Assembly (NCBI GenBank): GCA_010093605.1
Contig: MU004202.1
Location: 569,560 to 607,964 of the forward strand
Reading direction: 5' to 3'
DNA length: 38,405 nt
Source: Lophium mytilinum
Lineage: Eukaryota
Part shown: in pieces, positions 34,290 through 38,405 of the stretch
Position numbering within the stretch: position 1 is the first letter of the stretch
Layout of the letters: the number at the start of each line of letters is the position of its first letter
Program-made: the position numbers and the translations under genes
The notes under the pieces: generated by a model
What the model was told of the DNA's origin: nothing
The model's input: only the letters and a program-made list of their open reading frames with translations
The model's database searches: none

Positions 34290-35177
34290 ATGCCCCCCGC
34301 AACAGCCCAAATCGCCGCCCTGCGCGCCGCCCTCGCCAACACCTCACGCCCCGCCATCGCCATGGCCGCCCACAACCCCCTGACCGCCAAACTCGCCCAC
34401 GAAGCCGGCTTCTCCGCCATCTGGGTCTCGGGCTTCGAGCTCTCTGCCTCCTATGCCGTCCCCGACGCCTCCATCCTCCCCGTATCCACCCACCTCGAAA
34501 CCACCCGCGCCATGGGCGAAGTGCAGCCCCTCCCCCTCATCGCCGACCTCGACACCGGCTACGGCAACGCCGTCAACCTAACCTACGTCGTGCGCCAGTA
34601 CGAAGCCGCCGGCGCGGCCGCCATCGTCATCGAAGACAACGTCTTCCCCAAGGAGAGCAGCCTGCGCGCCGGGCCGGCGGGCGCGAAGCGCAAGCTGGCG
34701 GGCATCGCCGAGTTTCAGGGGAAGATTGCGGCCGCGAAGGCGGCGAGTAGCGTGTTGGTGATTGCGCGGACCGAGGCGTTGATTGCGGGGTATGGGGAGG
34801 CGGAGGCGTTGGAGCGGGCGGCGGCGTGGGCGGAGGCGGGGGCGGATGCGGTGTTGATCCATAGTAAGGCGAAGACGCCGGATGAGGTAGTGAGTTTCTG
34901 TAGGAAGTGGGATGGGAGGGTGCCTGTTGTGATTATCCCGACGAATTACCCGCAGTTGGGGTTTAAGGAGGCGGGGGAGTTGGGGAAGGTGGGGTTGGTG
35001 ATTTGCGGGAATCATACGGTGAGGACGGTGGTGGAGGCGGTGAGGAAGACGTATAAGAAGATACTGGAGGAGGGCGGGATTGAGGGAGTGGAGGGGGATA
35101 TTGCGAGTGTACAGGAGGTGTTTAAGTTGCAGGGGGATGGGGAGATGAGGGAAATTGAGAAGAAGTTTGTGAGGTAA
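34290..35177 (+). CDS. palA: Phosphonopyruvate hydrolase-like enzyme (PEP mutase/isocitrate lyase superfamily), 295 aa, intronless
   Basis: Blocks AMAAHNPL.AKLA..AGF, SGFELSASYAVPDA, STHLE..RA, IADLDTGYGNAVN...VV.QYEAAGA.AIV.ED..FPK..SLR, EFQGKIAAA, EALIAG.G, KTPDE, PT.YPQL, KVG.VI.GNH and LQGD..MR match, as I recall it, Variovorax PalA/PPH. It lacks the EDK-x5-NS motif of true PEP mutases. Confidence 0.82.
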   Translation: MPPATAQIAALRAALANTSRPAIAMAAHNPLTAKLAHEAGFSAIWVSGFELSASYAVPDASILPVSTHLETTRAMGEVQPLPLIADLDTGYGNAVNLTYVVRQYEAAGAAAIVIEDNVFPKESSLRAGPAGAKRKLAGIAEFQGKIAAAKAASSVLVIARTEALIAGYGEAEALERAAAWAEAGADAVLIHSKAKTPDEVVSFCRKWDGRVPVVIIPTNYPQLGFKEAGELGKVGLVICGNHTVRTVVEAVRKTYKKILEEGGIEGVEGDIASVQEVFKLQGDGEMREIEKKFVR

Positions 35178-35845
35178 GCTTGAGCGGTGTCTGATGAAGT
35201 CAACGCAACACGAAGAGATCCTAGGTATAGAGCTATGTTTGCTGCATTTTTGACATCTTGTCCATTTCAAGTCAACTATCGTTCCTCCACTCCAGACTTC
35301 AAAATTCAGGGCAGTGCCAGCACTGAATATGCCCGCAATTGTAACACTGCTCCCATGTGTACATGTCAGTTTTGCACCGATGGCATCTCCAAATCGCGCC
35401 GCGGGGAACTTGGTAAGTTGGTCGATACAGGCCTGGGTGGTCGTGTGTGCTTTTGTTCATTTTGATAGCTTGCTTAGGAGGTGATTTGCTAAAGGTTTTG
35501 AGACCTGGGAGAGGGAAACGAATTTACTGACCGTTGAAGTCCTATTAGAGGAGTTAGAAAGTATTTATACCCTACAGACAAGCCGCCAAGGTGGCTGTTG
35601 CTGGTCTGGCTGGTACAGTACATACGTTGTCGCCACGCCGCGTTCTGAGCTGGCCTTCTGCAAGGATGCTGTACTCTGCCAACTCATTCAGCAACGACCA
35701 AGAAAGCAACACATGTATTGGCGAGACCTAATCAAACAGTGATTAATCGAACAAATCTGACTATCACGTAGTGTACGTGAGGTACATAATTAAGCTGCTC
35801 GTGCCTTCCTACATATTTCCTAGCAGCAAGACTAATGGGTGAATT

Positions 35846-36038
35846 TACAGGGTATATATTTTGGGGAGGGATAAGCGCACACCCCCTAATTCCTCCACGC
35901 ACGCCCCCTAATTCCTCCACGCACACCCCCCTATCGTCTAATCGTTTTACCACCTTCTAATTAGCTTAGATTACTGCTCTGGAGCCTCTAAGTAGCTTAC
36001 TTAGCTTACGCGTAGTTTCTAAATGCCTACTCTATATG
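35846..36038 (+). mobile_element. Possible left end of a Tc1/mariner-like DNA transposon, truncated
   Basis: TA + CAGGGT start, 22-bp subterminal tandem repeats, TpA enrichment, and an ATG at 36023 cut off by the next repeat. Confidence 0.3.
35876..35931. repeat. 22-bp tandem repeat x2.5 (CGCACRCCCCCTAATTCCTCCA)
   Basis: Units at 35876-35897 and 35898-35919, partial unit at 35920-35931. Confidence 0.9.
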
Positions 36039-37226
36039 TATCACGTCGTTCCTCAGCATTCTCTTGGTAGTCATCGAGGTCAGGAGTCATCACGTGCACG
36101 GACGTCACGTGATCTCCGGGCCGAGGGTTCTTCCGGCGCCCGGGGTTCTGCCGGCGCGCACTCAACTACGTAGCAGGCTCGTGGCCGGAGCCTCTCTCCT
36201 CCACGCAACCTCGTTAATAGAAATACAACCCTTTTCTTAGCCATAAACCTAATACTAGGTTGCGTTATTCTTTAAAACCTAGAAATATAGAAATATAGAA
36301 ACCTTAATTTCTTTTTATATAGCTATACTACTATACGCGTATATATCTATATAGGTACTACTAGCTTTAAGATTTAGCTATATAATTACTTAATTACTAA
36401 TATTAAAACTAATATATTTTCTTTTCTTACTTACTTTAATACTTTCTTTTTCTTTTCTATACTTATATAAAGCCTAGGCCTTACTATAAATAACTAGGTA
36501 TAACTAACTATATTAATATACCTAGTAGATAACTTTATAACTCTAATATTCTATAAAGTAAGAGGGGGGTTAGTTACTAGAACCTTAATAAGATATAGAA
36601 TAATACTTAGAGTAATATCTTTAAGAAAGTAGATAAGAAAGTACTACTAATAGACCTTAACTACTTAGCTTTATATATAAAGAATTAATAAAACTATCTT
36701 ACTAAGTAGTATAAGCACGTTAGTAAACTACTAAATATAGCTATAGTAGAGGCTCTTAATATCTAGAACTTCTATACTATTAGTATAGACTCTTAGATTA
36801 TAGAAAGCCCTATTACTATTATATTATTTCTTAGTATTCTCTTAGTAGTTATTAAGGTTAGAGGTTATTATATATATAGATGTTATATAATCTCTAGGCT
36901 AAGAGTTCTTCTAGCGCCCGAGGTTCTACTAGCGCCCGGGGTTCTACTAGTATATACTTAACTATATAGTAAGCTTATAGCTAGAGCCTCTCTTTTCTCT
37001 ATATAACCTTATTAATAGAAATATAACCCTTTTCTTAGCTATAAACCTAATACTAGGTTGCATTATTTTTTAAAACCTAGATATATAGAAATATAAAAAC
37101 CTTAATTTCTTTTTATATAGCTATACTACTATACGCGCGCGTATCTATATAGGTACTACTACTAGCTTTAAGATTTAGCTATATAGTTACTTAATTACTA
37201 ACCTTAAAACTAATATATTTTCTTTT

Positions 37227-37264
<38 letters not shown>

Positions 37265-37642
37265 CTAAAACTCTCTTCTTATTTTCTATACCTATATAAA
37301 GCCTAGGCCTTACTATAAATAACTAGATATAACTAACTATATTAATACACCCGGTAGATAACTCTATAACTTTAATATTCTATAAGGTAAGAGGGGGGTT
37401 AGTTACTAGGACTTTAATAAGATATAAAATACTTAAGGCAATATCTTTAAGAAAGCGGATAAGAAAGTACTATAGATAGACCTTAACCGCTTAGTATTAT
37501 ATATAAAGAACTAATAGAACTATTTTACTAAGTAGTATAAGTATATTAGTAAGCTACTTAATATAGCTATATTAGAGGCGCTTAATATCTAGAACTTCTA
37601 TACTATTAGTATAGACTTCTAGAATATAAAAAGCCCTATTAT
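36039..37642. repeat. Head-to-tail ~780-830 bp direct repeat x2 (36039-36816; 36817-~37642), LTR-like
   Basis: The copies align throughout and differ mostly by C>T/G>A changes, e.g. tatcacgtcgttcctcagcattctcttggtag vs tattatattatttcttagtattctcttagtag. Both end in aagccctatta. Confidence 0.9.
37227..37262. repeat. (CTTA)9 microsatellite
   Basis: Nine units in copy 2; only two at the equivalent position (36426-36433) of copy 1. Confidence 0.95.
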
Positions 37643-38405
37643 CTTTAACCTTCTTCTAGACCTGCATAATATTAAGAACCTAACTATAAAGCTAGAAGAT
37701 ACTATATTCTAGAGCTTATTTAAGTTCTATTAATAGGTAAACTCTAAGCCGCTTAAAGCCTTTAAACTACTACGCGCTCTAGTTAAGAGTACTAACATCT
37801 ATATTAATAACTATAGCGCCGGCTTAGAGAAATAGAAGAATATATTTATAAACCTTTATAAGTAGTTTAATAATATAGATAAGATTATTATAGACCTAAA
37901 GATCTAGCTTAATAATTCTAAGCTTAATCTCTAGGCTATCTAGGCTTATATATATAAGCTCTAATAATAATAATAGTCTAAGCCTACTAAGATAACATCT
38001 AAAGGGCCCGTTTATTTTAATAATAATAAGCGGCGCAATAATAATATTAACTATTAGTAGATAAATAGCGGAACTAGAGGATAACTACTAGATAGGCCTA
38101 ATAACTATAGTTATAATAGCTATAATAGCTATATAGAGCCTAGCTATACTTCTTCTATACTAAATATAAACCTCTATAGTAGTAGTAACTAAGCCCGCCG
38201 CTCTACCTCTCTATATAATAACTAATTAGATAATTAATATTATAATAATAGCTACTATAATAGCTATACTCTACTATATACTTAGCTACTATTATTAATA
38301 TTCTACTAGCGTAACTACTACTAGCTAGACCTAGTTATATTTAATAGAGAGAATCTAGATATATATCTAATCTAGCGTAGTAAGGTTCTAGCTAAGATCC
38401 GCTAT

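Larger units (their letters stand above)
36039..38405. mobile_element. RIP-degraded transposable element (probably a retroelement), running off the window edge
   Basis: Abrupt shift to very AT-rich DNA with excess TpA and near absence of CpA/TpG; no ORF >=60 aa; residual triplet-like texture after ~37650 suggests a dead coding region. Confidence 0.8.

Noticed and set aside
34290..35177. PEP mutase marking a phosphonate biosynthetic cluster
   Set aside because: It lacks EDK-x5-NS, matches hydrolase-type blocks, and has no phosphonopyruvate decarboxylase or phosphonomethylmalate synthase nearby. Not fully excluded, since a reductase could in principle pull a mutase reaction.
35876..35931. CRISPR-like array
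   Set aside because: The repeats are contiguous without spacers, and the context is eukaryotic.
1..38405. tRNA/rRNA genes
   Set aside because: No GTTCRA T-loop in a convincing cloverleaf context and no rRNA-like sequence seen by eye; tRNAscan-SE/Infernal would be decisive.

Overview
Eukaryotic, intron-containing DNA from a filamentous ascomycete (GT-AG introns with CTRAY branch sites; RIP-like AT-rich repeat DNA at the right end). The gene-dense part (1-35.2 kb) holds about 18 genes. In order: a nonsense-disrupted F-box-like/ankyrin gene, two F-box-like genes, a Mek1-like FHA kinase head-to-head with a 25-aa spliced RPL41 gene that the ORF track misses, a Ste3-type pheromone receptor, a conserved membrane protein, an HSL-family esterase, a RanBP2-type Zn-finger microprotein, a CCHC Zn-knuckle protein, another F-box-like gene, an unusual extended Rpb12-like gene, an FAD monooxygenase and an ABCC transporter. 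The most interesting element is the last gene pair before the repeat block. An intronless gene closely resembling bacterial phosphonopyruvate hydrolase (a C-P bond-cleaving member of the PEP mutase/ICL superfamily) is divergently transcribed with an intronless D-2-hydroxyacid dehydrogenase. This is a candidate fungal phosphonate (phosphonolactate -> phosphonopyruvate -> pyruvate + Pi) catabolic module, with the hydrolase probably of bacterial origin. From about 35.8 kb to the end is RIP-degraded transposon DNA with a ~780-bp tandem duplication. Family assignments come from motif recognition and recall, not from database searches.
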